DNA of 64,000 nucleotides from a plasmid. The position numbers and the translations under genes were made by a program. Below the pieces are notes generated by a model that was not told the DNA's origin, ran no database searches, and saw only the letters and a list, made by a program, of their open reading frames with translations. Shown here in pieces: positions 21,197 through 30,501 of the stretch (position 1 is the stretch's first letter; every line of letters starts with the position of its first letter). Location: assembly GCF_056712565.1 (NCBI RefSeq), contig NZ_JBWXXM010000003.1. The stretch is one strand, 5' to 3'.

Positions 21197-22938
21197 TGAA
21201 TCACAAAGACTGGGATTTGGTCAACCGCCGCCTGGTGGCAAAAATGTTGTCTGAGCTGGAGTATGAGCAGGTTTTCCACGCGGAATCTCAGGGCGATGAC
21301 CGCTACTGCATTAACCTGCCGGGAGCACAATGGCGCTTCATCGCTGAACGTGGTATCTGGGGCTGGCTCTGGATTGATGCTCAAACTCTGCGCTGCGCGG
21401 ACGAGCCAGTACTGGCTCAGACGCTGCTGATGCAGCTAAAGCAGGTACTGTCAATGAGCGATGCAACCGTTGCTGAGCATATGCAGGATTTGTATGCCAC
21501 GCTGCTGGGCGACCTGCAACTACTGAAAGCCCGTCGCGGGCTGAGCGCCAGTGACCTGATTAATCTTAATGCCGACCGCCTGCAATGCCTGCTGAGCGGT
21601 CATCCTAAATTCGTTTTTAATAAAGGTCGCCGTGGCTGGGGTAAAGAGGCGCTGGAACGATATGCGCCAGAGTATGCCAACACCTTCAGACTGCACTGGC
21701 TGGCGGTAAAACGTGAACATATGATCTGGCGCTGTGATAACGAGATGGATATTCATCAGTTGTTGACGGCCGCAATGGATCCGCAGGAGTTTGCCCGCTT
21801 CAGTCAGGTCTGGCAGGAAAACGGACTGGATCATAACTGGCTGCCGCTGCCGGTACATCCGTGGCAGTGGCAGCAAAAAATCGCTACCGACTTCATCGCT
21901 GATTTTGCCGAAGGCAGGATGGTGTCTCTCGGCGAGTTTGGCGACCAGTGGCTCGCCCAGCAGTCGCTGCGTACCCTGACCAACGCCAGTCGCCGGGGCG
22001 GGCTGGATATCAAGCTGCCGCTGACCATCTACAACACCTCATGCTACCGGGGGATCCCTGGCAGATACATCGCTGCCGGACCACTGGCTTCACGCTGGCT
22101 ACAACAGGTTTTTGCGACCGACGCCACCCTAGTGCAAAGCGGCGCAGTGATACTTGGTGAACCGGCTGCAGGCTATGTCTCCCATGAAGGCTATGCCGCG
22201 CTTGCCCGGGCTCCCTATCGCTACCAGGAAATGCTTGGTGTTATCTGGCGGGAGAATCCGTGCCGCTGGCTGAAACCGGATGAAAGTCCGGTTCTGATGG
22301 CAACACTGATGGAGTGCGACGAAAACAATCAGCCGCTGGCAGGCGCATATATAGACCGCTCCGGGCTGGACGCTGAAACCTGGCTTACGCAACTGTTCCG
22401 GGTGGTCGTGGTTCCTCTGTATCACCTGCTTTGCCGCTACGGTGTCGCGCTTATTGCACATGGACAAAATATAACTCTCGCCATGAAAGAGGGGGTTCCA
22501 CAGCGTGTTCTGCTGAAAGACTTCCAGGGCGATATGCGACTGGTGAAAGAAGAGTTCCCCGAAATGGACTCTTTGCCTCAGGAGGTTCGTGATGTTACAT
22601 CCCGCCTGAGTGCGGACTACTTAATCCATGATTTGCAGACGGGTCACTTCGTGACAGTACTGCGTTTTATTTCGCCACTGATGGTTCGTCTTGGCGTACC
22701 TGAAAGGCGATTTTATCAACTGCTGGCAGCAGTGTTGAGTGATTACATGAAAAAACATCCACAAATGTCAGAGCGTTTTGCGCTTTTCTCACTTTTCAGG
22801 CCACAAATCATTCGCGTGGTGCTGAACCCGGTAAAACTGACCTGGCCTGATCTGGATGGCGGCAGCCGCATGCTGCCGAATTACCTTGAGGATCTGCAAA
22901 ATCCGCTGTGGCTGGTAACTCAGGAATATGAATCATGA
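21196..22938 (+). CDS. iucC: IucC, aerobactin synthetase
   Basis: 580 aa IucA/IucC family paralog. Confidence 0.9.
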   Translation: MNHKDWDLVNRRLVAKMLSELEYEQVFHAESQGDDRYCINLPGAQWRFIAERGIWGWLWIDAQTLRCADEPVLAQTLLMQLKQVLSMSDATVAEHMQDLYATLLGDLQLLKARRGLSASDLINLNADRLQCLLSGHPKFVFNKGRRGWGKEALERYAPEYANTFRLHWLAVKREHMIWRCDNEMDIHQLLTAAMDPQEFARFSQVWQENGLDHNWLPLPVHPWQWQQKIATDFIADFAEGRMVSLGEFGDQWLAQQSLRTLTNASRRGGLDIKLPLTIYNTSCYRGIPGRYIAAGPLASRWLQQVFATDATLVQSGAVILGEPAAGYVSHEGYAALARAPYRYQEMLGVIWRENPCRWLKPDESPVLMATLMECDENNQPLAGAYIDRSGLDAETWLTQLFRVVVVPLYHLLCRYGVALIAHGQNITLAMKEGVPQRVLLKDFQGDMRLVKEEFPEMDSLPQEVRDVTSRLSADYLIHDLQTGHFVTVLRFISPLMVRLGVPERRFYQLLAAVLSDYMKKHPQMSERFALFSLFRPQIIRVVLNPVKLTWPDLDGGSRMLPNYLEDLQNPLWLVTQEYES

Positions 22939-24212
22939 AAAAAAGTGTCGATTTTATTGGTGTAGGGACAGGGCCATTTAATCTCAGCATTGCTGCGTTG
23001 TCACATCAGATCGAAGAACTGGACTGTCTCTTCTTTGATGAACATCCTCATTTTTCCTGGCATCCGGGTATGCTGGTACCGGATTGTCATATGCAGACCG
23101 TCTTTCTGAAAGATCTGGTCAGTGCTGTTGCACCTACAAATCCCTACAGTTTTGTTAACTATCTGGTGAAGCACAAAAAGTTCTATCGCTTCCTTACAAG
23201 CAGACTACGTACAGTATCCCGTGAAGAGTTTTCTGACTACCTCCGCTGGGCTGCTGAAGATATGAATAACCTGTATTTCAGTCATACCGTTGAAAACATT
23301 GATTTCGATAAAAAACGTCGATTGTTTCTGGTGCAAACCAGCCAGGGAGAATATTTTGCCCGCAATATCTGCCTTGGTACAGGAAAACAACCTTATTTAC
23401 CACCCTGTGTGAAGCATATGACACAATCCTGTTTCCATGCCAGTGAAATGAATCTTCGTCGGCCGGACCTTAGTGGAAAACGGATAACCGTGGTTGGTGG
23501 AGGACAGAGTGGTGCAGACCTGTTCCTTAATGCATTACGCGGGGAATGGGGAGAAGCGGCGGAAATAAACTGGGTCTCCCGGCGTAATAATTTTAACGCA
23601 CTGGATGAGGCTGCTTTTGCTGATGAGTATTTTACACCTGAATATATTTCAGGCTTCTCCGGACTGGAGGAAGATATTCGCCATCAGTTACTGGATGAGC
23701 AGAAAATGACATCGGATGGCATCACTGCCGATTCTTTACTGACCATTTATCGTGAGTTGTACCACCGTTTTGAAGTTCTGAGAAAACCAAGAAATATCCG
23801 TCTGCTACCCAGCCGCTCGGTAACAACTCTGGAAAGTAGTGGTCCTGGCTGGAAGTTGCTGATGGAGCATCATCTGGATCAGGGCAGGGAGAGCCTGGAA
23901 AGTGATGTGGTGATTTTCGCCACAGGTTACCGTTCTGCGTTGCCACAAATACTTCCCTCACTGATGCCCCTGATCACCATGCACGATAAGAACACCTTTA
24001 AAGTGCGTGATGACTTCACTCTGGAATGGAGTGGCCCGAAAGAGAACAACATCTTCGTGGTCAACGCCAGTATGCAAACCCATGGCATCGCCGAACCCCA
24101 GCTCAGCCTGATGGCATGGAGATCTGCACGTATTCTTAATCGCGTAATGGGACGTGATTTATTCGATCTCAGTATGCCGCCCGCCCTGATTCAGTGGCGC
24201 AGCGGCACCTAG
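22935..24212 (+). CDS. iucD: IucD, L-lysine N6-monooxygenase
   Basis: FAD-binding GxGxxN (IGVGTGPFNLS) and second dinucleotide motif VVGGGQSGAD; exact start not resolved. Confidence 0.9.
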   Translation: MKKSVDFIGVGTGPFNLSIAALSHQIEELDCLFFDEHPHFSWHPGMLVPDCHMQTVFLKDLVSAVAPTNPYSFVNYLVKHKKFYRFLTSRLRTVSREEFSDYLRWAAEDMNNLYFSHTVENIDFDKKRRLFLVQTSQGEYFARNICLGTGKQPYLPPCVKHMTQSCFHASEMNLRRPDLSGKRITVVGGGQSGADLFLNALRGEWGEAAEINWVSRRNNFNALDEAAFADEYFTPEYISGFSGLEEDIRHQLLDEQKMTSDGITADSLLTIYRELYHRFEVLRKPRNIRLLPSRSVTTLESSGPGWKLLMEHHLDQGRESLESDVVIFATGYRSALPQILPSLMPLITMHDKNTFKVRDDFTLEWSGPKENNIFVVNASMQTHGIAEPQLSLMAWRSARILNRVMGRDLFDLSMPPALIQWRSGT

Positions 24213-24293
24213 GGAAAACGCAGCCGGAGGCTGCTTCTTTAACTCGCTACACAGCATCTTTGGGCTGATTTTTTCCGCCCGTATGGAGGAATA

Positions 24294-26495
24294 ATGATGA
24301 TAAGCAAAAAGTATACGCTTTGGGCTCTCAACCCACTGCTTCTTACCATGATGGCGCCAGCAGTCGCTCAACAAACCGATGATGAAACGTTCGTGGTGTC
24401 TGCCAACCGCAGCAATCGCACCGTAGCGGAGATGGCGCAAACCACCTGGGTTATCGAAAACGCCGAACTGGAACAGCAGATTCAGGGCGGCAAAGAGCTT
24501 AAAGACGCACTGGCTCAGCTGATCCCTGGCCTTGACGTCAGCAGCCGGAGCCGCACCAACTACGGTATGAATGTGCGTGGCCGCCCGCTGGTCGTGCTGG
24601 TTGACGGCGTGCGTCTCAACTCTTCACGTACCGACAGCCGACAACTGGACTCTATAGATCCTTTTAATATCGACCATATTGAAGTGATCTCCGGTGCGAC
24701 GTCCCTGTACGGCGGCGGCAGTACCGGTGGCCTGATCAACATCGTGACCAAAAAAGGCCAGCCGGAAACCATGATGGAGTTTGAGGCTGGCACCAAAAGT
24801 GGCTTTAGCAGCAGTAAAGATCACGATGAACGCATTGCCGGAGCTGTCTCCGGCGGAAATGAGCATATCTCCGGACGTCTTTCCGTGGCATATCAGAAAT
24901 TTGGCGGCTGGTTTGACGGTAACGGCGATGCCACCTTGCTTGATAACACCCAGACCGGCCTGCAGTACTCCGATCGGCTGGACATCATGGGAACTGGTAC
25001 GCTGAACATCGATGAATCCCGGCAGCTTCAGTTGATCACACAGTACTATAAAAGCCAGGGCGACGACGATTACGGGCTTAATCTCGGGAAAGGCTTCTCT
25101 GCCATCAGAGGGACCAGCACGCCATTCGTCAGTAACGGGCTGAATTCCGACCGTATTCCCGGCACTGAGCGGCATTTGATCAGCCTGCAGTACTCTGACA
25201 GCGCTTTTCTGGGACAGGAGCTGGTCGGTCAGGTTTACTACCGCGATGAGTCGTTGCGATTCTACCCGTTCCCGACGGTAAATGCGAACAAACAGGTGAC
25301 GGCTTTCTCTTCGTCACAGCAGGACACCGACCAGTACGGCATGAAACTGACTCTGAACAGCAAACCGATGGACGGCTGGCAAATCACCTGGGGGCTGGAT
25401 GCTGATCATGAGCGCTTTACCTCCAACCAGATGTTCTTCGACCTGGCTCAGGCAAGCGCTTCCGGAGGGCTGAACAACAAGAAGATTTACACCACCGGGC
25501 GCTATCCGTCGTATGACATCACCAACCTGGCGGCCTTCCTGCAATCAGGCTATGACATCAATAATCTCTTTACCCTCAACGGTGGCGTACGCTATCAGTA
25601 CACTGAAAACAAGATTGATGATTTCATCGGCTACGCGCAGCAACGGCAGATTGCCGCCGGGAAGGCTACATCCGCCGACGCCATTCCTGGCGGCTCAGTC
25701 GATTACGACAACTTCCTGTTCAACGCCGGTCTGCTGATGCACATCACCGAACGCCAGCAGGCATGGCTCAACTTCTCCCAGGGCGTGGAGCTGCCGGACC
25801 CGGGTAAATACTATGGTCGCGGCATCTATGGTGCTGCAGTGAACGGCCATCTTCCTCTAACAAAGAGTGTGAACGTCAGCGACAGCAAGCTGGAAGGCGT
25901 GAAAGTCGATTCTTATGAGCTGGGCTGGCGCTTTACTGGCAATAATCTGCGTACCCAAATCGCGGCCTACTATTCGATTTCTGATAAGAGCGTGGTGGCG
26001 AATAAAGATCTGACCATCAGCGTGGTGGACGACAAACGCCGTATTTACGGCGTGGAAGGTGCGGTGGACTACCTGATTCCTGATACTGACTGGAGTACCG
26101 GAGTGAACTTCAACGTGCTGAAAACTGAGTCGAAAGTGAACGGTACCTGGCAGAAATACGATGTGAAGACAGCAAGCCCATCAAAAGCGACAGCCTACAT
26201 TGGCTGGGCACCGGACCCGTGGAGTCTGCGCGTGCAGAGCACCACCTCCTTTGACGTGAGCGACGCGCAGGGCTACAAGGTCGATGGCTATACCACCGCG
26301 GATCTGCTCGGCAGTTATCAGCTTCCGGTGGGTACACTCAGCTTCAGCATTGAAAACCTCTTCGACCGTGACTACACCACTGTCTGGGGGCAGCGTGCAC
26401 CACTGTACTACAGCCCGGGTTACGGCCCAGCGTCACTGTACGACTACAAAGGCAGGGGCCGAACCTTTGGTCTGAACTACTCTGTGCTGTTCTGA
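24294..26495 (+). CDS. iutA: IutA, TonB-dependent ferric aerobactin receptor
   Basis: 733 aa with signal peptide, TonB box region, C-terminal ...NYSVLF typical of TonB-dependent receptors. Confidence 0.9.
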   Translation: MMISKKYTLWALNPLLLTMMAPAVAQQTDDETFVVSANRSNRTVAEMAQTTWVIENAELEQQIQGGKELKDALAQLIPGLDVSSRSRTNYGMNVRGRPLVVLVDGVRLNSSRTDSRQLDSIDPFNIDHIEVISGATSLYGGGSTGGLINIVTKKGQPETMMEFEAGTKSGFSSSKDHDERIAGAVSGGNEHISGRLSVAYQKFGGWFDGNGDATLLDNTQTGLQYSDRLDIMGTGTLNIDESRQLQLITQYYKSQGDDDYGLNLGKGFSAIRGTSTPFVSNGLNSDRIPGTERHLISLQYSDSAFLGQELVGQVYYRDESLRFYPFPTVNANKQVTAFSSSQQDTDQYGMKLTLNSKPMDGWQITWGLDADHERFTSNQMFFDLAQASASGGLNNKKIYTTGRYPSYDITNLAAFLQSGYDINNLFTLNGGVRYQYTENKIDDFIGYAQQRQIAAGKATSADAIPGGSVDYDNFLFNAGLLMHITERQQAWLNFSQGVELPDPGKYYGRGIYGAAVNGHLPLTKSVNVSDSKLEGVKVDSYELGWRFTGNNLRTQIAAYYSISDKSVVANKDLTISVVDDKRRIYGVEGAVDYLIPDTDWSTGVNFNVLKTESKVNGTWQKYDVKTASPSKATAYIGWAPDPWSLRVQSTTSFDVSDAQGYKVDGYTTADLLGSYQLPVGTLSFSIENLFDRDYTTVWGQRAPLYYSPGYGPASLYDYKGRGRTFGLNYSVLF

Positions 26496-26564
26496 CCGGT
26501 ATTCCTTTACAACAAAGGTACGCTGATATCAACATGGCCGCTGACAGCCAAGTTGATATCATAT

Positions 26565-26632
26565 AATACACGACATAATCTGTAGTCAGGGAGGATAGAC
26601 TCTTTACTGACTACAGATTATGTCGTGTTCCG
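26565..26632. repeat. palindrome downstream of iutA resembling the RepFIB iteron-proximal palindrome
   Basis: ACACGACATAATCTGTAGTCAGGGAGGATAGACTCTTTACTGACTACAGATTATGTCGTGT; compare 7738-7785 CTGTAGTCAGTAAAGGAGCGCTCTTCACTGACTACAG. Confidence 0.6.
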
Positions 26633-27019
26633 TGCTCATTTCCTCAAAAAATACAAGAAAAGAATTAGTATTCTAACAAAAAGTGAAATAAATTGTATCA
26701 AACTCCCTCTTTTAATCCTGTTGAGTAAATCAGCTTTTGCAATAGGATTGAAAGAGTGTAAGTGGAATCTCTTCCGGATACTCGTTACCACCGTGGCTAG
26801 AATATCTACGGCTGCGGGCCAGTAATAGATTAAGTGATAACAGCTGTCTGGAAATGTAGGGGCGTATCCACTAATCATAATCATTGTGAGATAAATATTA
26901 CGGGGCATTTTATAATGAATAAAATATACTCTCTAAAATATTGTCATATTACCAATACCATGAAGGTGATGCTGCCAACTTACTGATTTAGTGTATGATG
27001 GTGTTTTTGAGGTGCTCCA

Positions 27020-27295
27020 GTGGCTTCTGTTTCTATCAGCTGTCCCTCCTGTTCAGCTACTGACGGGGTGGTGCGTAACGGCAAAAGCACCGCCGGACAT
27101 CAGCGCTATCTCTGCTCTCACTGCCGTAAAACATGGCAACTGCAGTTCACTTACACCGCTTCTCAACCCGGTACGCACCAGAAAATCATTGATATGGCCA
27201 TGAATGGCGTTGGATGCCGGGTAACTGCCCGCATTATGGGCGTTGGCCTCAACACGATTTTACGTCACTTAAAAAACTCAGGCCGCAGTCGGTAA
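27020..27295 (+). CDS. insA: IS1 InsA
   Basis: 91 aa identical to copy 1 InsA. Confidence 0.95.
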   Translation: MASVSISCPSCSATDGVVRNGKSTAGHQRYLCSHCRKTWQLQFTYTASQPGTHQKIIDMAMNGVGCRVTARIMGVGLNTILRHLKNSGRSR

Positions 27296-27717
27296 CCTCG
27301 CGCATACAGCCGGGCAGTGATGTGATTGTCTGCGCTGAAATGGACGAACAGTGGGGCTATGTCGGGGCTAAATCGCGCCAGCGCTGGCTGTTTTACGCGT
27401 ATGACAGTCTCCGGAAGACGGTTGTTGCGCACGTATTCGGTGAACGCACTATGGCGACGCTGGGGCGTCTTATGAGCCTGCTGTCACCCTTTGACGTGGT
27501 GATATGGATGACGGATGGCTGGCCGCTGTATGAATCCCGCCTGAAGGGAAAGCTGCACGTAATCAGCAAGCGATATACGCAGCGAATTGAGCGGCATAAC
27601 CTGAATCTGAGGCAGCACCTGGCACGGCTGGGACGGAAGTCGCTGTCGTTCTCAAAATCGGTGGAGCTGCATGACAAAGTCATCGGGCATTATCTGAACA
27701 TAAAACACTATCAATAA
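27214..27717 (+). CDS. insB: IS1 InsB
   Basis: 167 aa identical to copy 1 InsB. Confidence 0.95.
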   Translation: MPGNCPHYGRWPQHDFTSLKKLRPQSVTSRIQPGSDVIVCAEMDEQWGYVGAKSRQRWLFYAYDSLRKTVVAHVFGERTMATLGRLMSLLSPFDVVIWMTDGWPLYESRLKGKLHVISKRYTQRIERHNLNLRQHLARLGRKSLSFSKSVELHDKVIGHYLNIKHYQ

Positions 27718-27727
27718 GTTGGAGTCA

Positions 27728-28402
27728 TTACCGTGCACGGTAACGGGCCATATCAATGAGCAGTTCCTCTCCAATTTTATTTGCCCCTAGAGAGCGGCGA
27801 GTTTTCTTCACTTCAATGACAATCTTCTCTTTCTTCAGAAGAAAATCCTGTCTGGATGATGAACCTGCGAAGCTAGGTGAATTTTCTTCAGGTCTGACAT
27901 CATTAAAATGCAGCAGCAGAAGAGCATGAACAAGATCCTGTACATCATACTCGTCATTAATTTCAAGCGGCGTTCTGTCATTGTATCGTTGCTTTAATTG
28001 ACGACAAAAAGCTGGAAATTTATTGAGTATATTTATAATCAAATCCAGTTCGGCATGTTTTGTTGCTATAGTCGATGCCGTGCCGGAGTAAGTTAAATCG
28101 TCTCTGGCTGCATCAAAAATAGGTTTGTAATGTCTAACCAATCCCTGATAATTACTAGACCAAGCAATCCTTTGTGTATCATTAAAATCTTTGTAGTAAT
28201 CAGATTCCTTTCCATAACTGTCTTCAAGTAACTTTTTTGCTCTTGCAATCCAGTTATTACCTTTAGCCGAATCAATATATTCCTGGCTTCTGTGACTAAA
28301 TGCACTTGTTCCCATATATTTTGTCGACATGACAGAATTGTACTCTTGTTCAAGCACTTCAAATCTTTCAGCTAAGGTCTTCTTCGTCATAGCGCAATCC
28401 AA
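27728..28402 (-). CDS. hypothetical protein with PD-(D/E)xK-like motif; C-terminus and stop codon supplied by IS1 end (probably 3'-truncated)
   Basis: 224 aa; C-terminal region ...LLLLHFNDVRPEE...(25 aa)...KIVIEVKK fits hhhD...hhhExK pattern; stop TAA lies inside IS1 terminal GGTAATGA. Confidence 0.5.
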   Translation of the reverse strand: MDCAMTKKTLAERFEVLEQEYNSVMSTKYMGTSAFSHRSQEYIDSAKGNNWIARAKKLLEDSYGKESDYYKDFNDTQRIAWSSNYQGLVRHYKPIFDAARDDLTYSGTASTIATKHAELDLIINILNKFPAFCRQLKQRYNDRTPLEINDEYDVQDLVHALLLLHFNDVRPEENSPSFAGSSSRQDFLLKKEKIVIEVKKTRRSLGANKIGEELLIDMARYRAR

Positions 28403-28559
28403 ATTATATGCTAATAATACCTGTGAATTTTAATATTCTACCATATCTGGCTTTCTTCCGTTCACATTGGACATTCAGGTAATTTCGTCCAGTTCTGCTG
28501 GCTGTGCTGGAGCTAGCCTGGTATAATTTAACCAGCCATTTCAACAGCGGTGGTGTCTT

Positions 28560-28754
28560 ATGAACGTCAAGAACATGTTTTACGGTGCCATTCTGGTAAG
28601 TGCTGTATGGGCGGTTATTTTGCTCTCATGGTTTGAATCCAGCCTTACCTTAAGCGATTACCTCAGGTACGAATCGGTAATCCTGATCCCATGCCTGCTG
28701 TGGGTTGCTGTTTATGGGTTAGGTAAACGTTACCTCCAAAGAACATCAAACTAG
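28560..28754 (+). CDS. hypothetical small membrane protein (64 aa, two predicted TM helices)
   Basis: MNVKNMFYGAILVSAVWAVILLSWFESSLTLSDYLRYESVILIPCLLWVAVYGLGKRY...; preceded by extended -10-like TGGTATAAT (~28521) and followed by hairpin TCCCTGGCT-CACCTGGAC-AGCCAGGGA. Confidence 0.4.
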   Translation: MNVKNMFYGAILVSAVWAVILLSWFESSLTLSDYLRYESVILIPCLLWVAVYGLGKRYLQRTSN

Positions 28755-28829
28755 CCGCGCCAGCGACTTTTTTTACACCTTCGTTTAATTCCCTGGCTCA
28801 CCTGGACAGCCAGGGAATTCTGCCCAGCG

Positions 28830-29309
28830 CTACTGGCTTGCTGTGCCAAACTTTCCGTTGCAGATTTCCTCATTCACAATGGCCTGAAACATGGAAACAG
28901 AATTTCTAGCCTTATCCCTCAGTGCATTAATGAGTTCTGTGTCGTGTATTTTGTTGTAGAAAATGAAAGTAGAAACATCAAACTGGAGTTTAAATGCTGC
29001 TTTCCTTATGGCTAAACCTGACGTGATCGTTATCTCATTATGTATGCGAAGATAGGCAAGATAATCATCGTTATTTGCTTCACACTGCTCATATAAATAT
29101 TTTTGCATGAGAGATTGAGACAAGGCCAGAAATTCCACATATCGTTTGGTTTTTATTTCTTTATCTTTTAATCCCTGTACTGCCGCTTCTTTTTTTAATT
29201 CGTGCTTTTGTGTTAGCTTAAGAGTCAGCCACCCCCCTAAAATAGTCAGCAACGACCCCAAACCTATTTTTACGGCATTATCAGCCACATCCACCCACTC
29301 AGTCGCCAT
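28830..29309 (-). CDS. hypothetical protein (159 aa) with N-terminal TM segment
   Basis: AT-rich ORF, N-terminal hydrophobic helix IGLGSLLTILGGWLTL; divergent from 29427-29876. Confidence 0.45.
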   Translation of the reverse strand: MATEWVDVADNAVKIGLGSLLTILGGWLTLKLTQKHELKKEAAVQGLKDKEIKTKRYVEFLALSQSLMQKYLYEQCEANNDDYLAYLRIHNEITITSGLAIRKAAFKLQFDVSTFIFYNKIHDTELINALRDKARNSVSMFQAIVNEEICNGKFGTASQ

Positions 29310-29426
29310 CTGTTACTCGTTCTTCCTGTGATGATCATGGTTGCCAGTATAATTCCAGCACAGACTGGACGTACAGCATTTTCTGTCCAGTAGACAGACT
29401 GTTACACTCAGGATAGGATAGCTTCT

Positions 29427-29876
29427 ATGGTTAAATTTCCAGGTGAAGTTATGAGTTCGTCCGCTGCTGTAACCGTTATAACTGGTGTTCTTGTTTTTGT
29501 TGGTGGTCAGCTCATTGTAAAGAGCGCGATTGAACCTTATATAGAATTCAAGAAACAATTGGGAAAAATATCAAATCTGCTATTAGCTAACCAAGCTAAA
29601 TTAGCTAATCCTTGTGCTGTTGAAATGTCTGAGATCATCCATGAGTTGAAAGATGCCGCAGCTCAGTTAATGTCGAAGCATTCAGCTTTGCCTTTCTATA
29701 TCAAAAAATTCCATATCGGATTCCGCTTTGTTCCATCAACGCCTGAAATTATTAGTTCGGCGCAAAAATTGAATTTGATAGCATCAATACATGAAGGTAA
29801 AAGCAAGGAAAGTACATATGAGCACATAGCCGAGATTGGACGTATGCTCAAAATCCCAACCACCTATTCTCTTTAA
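29427..29876 (+). CDS. hypothetical protein (149 aa) with N-terminal TM segment
   Basis: AT-rich ORF, hydrophobic VTVITGVLVFVGGQLIV; followed by hairpin plus T-tract terminator at ~29926-29957. Confidence 0.45.
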   Translation: MVKFPGEVMSSSAAVTVITGVLVFVGGQLIVKSAIEPYIEFKKQLGKISNLLLANQAKLANPCAVEMSEIIHELKDAAAQLMSKHSALPFYIKKFHIGFRFVPSTPEIISSAQKLNLIASIHEGKSKESTYEHIAEIGRMLKIPTTYSL

Positions 29877-30049
29877 TCTTCACGCCGATCAGATTACATA
29901 ATCCACGCGCCACCTGGACATTCAGGTAAAAAAGTCCAACTGGTGAGGTTGGGCTTTTTGGCTTTCCGGTTCTGTTGGTGGCTATGACCGGAGAAAATTG
30001 CTCTACACCTAACGCTTACATTTTATTTACAGCGTTTGATATCTTCCTC

Positions 30050-30094
30050 GCCTTTAACGCCTTTAACGCCTTTAACGCCTTTAACGCCTTTAAG
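30050..30094. repeat. 9-bp tandem repeat (GCCTTTAAC)x5
   Basis: GCCTTTAACGCCTTTAACGCCTTTAACGCCTTTAACGCCTTTAAG read directly. Confidence 0.9.
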
Positions 30095-30501
30095 GGGGGA
30101 AGATAGAGCAACTCACCGATGATGAATAAAGTGGACGAAGAGACGATAACTACACTCCCATCCAGGGGGGGGCTTTTTTTGTGGTACTGTAGTGTGGGAG
30201 TAAGTTCGGGTCTCATATTGAATGAGGCGATTGCGAGCTGCCTTTCATCGAAAACTAATGTCCATTGTCATTGTATTGTCTGACTCTATCTCGTAACAAG
30301 TCTTTGACACAAAGTTTTATATTTTTATCAAAGTGGACATGAGGGGAATTAAATTTGTGATCTTTTTCAAATAATGTGTTCTTGATAGTAGATTCTGGTT
30401 AGTGATATCTATTAACAATATATTAAATTTCTTTTGTATTATCGCTGATAAAACTACTGTATTGGTATACTATATATTATTGAGTAACAGGAGATATCAC
30501 T

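Larger units (their letters stand above)
26965..27732 (+). mobile_element. IS1 (768 bp), copy 2
   Basis: Begins GGTGATGCTGCCAACTTACTGATTTAGTG, ends CAATAAGTTGGAGTCATTACC; insA/insB identical to copy 1. Confidence 0.95.

Noticed and set aside
24560-25175. ORFs antisense to iutA (24560-24796, 24624-25175) and antisense to iucA-D (for example 19460-20422, 20771-21172, 21520-21876)
   Set aside because: Long antisense frames are common in GC-rich siderophore genes; the sense-strand genes have clear known products.
30016-30216. 66-aa minus-strand ORF encoding KALKALKALKALKARK
   Set aside because: The periodic peptide is produced by translating the 9-bp tandem repeat; no RBS or coding signal.
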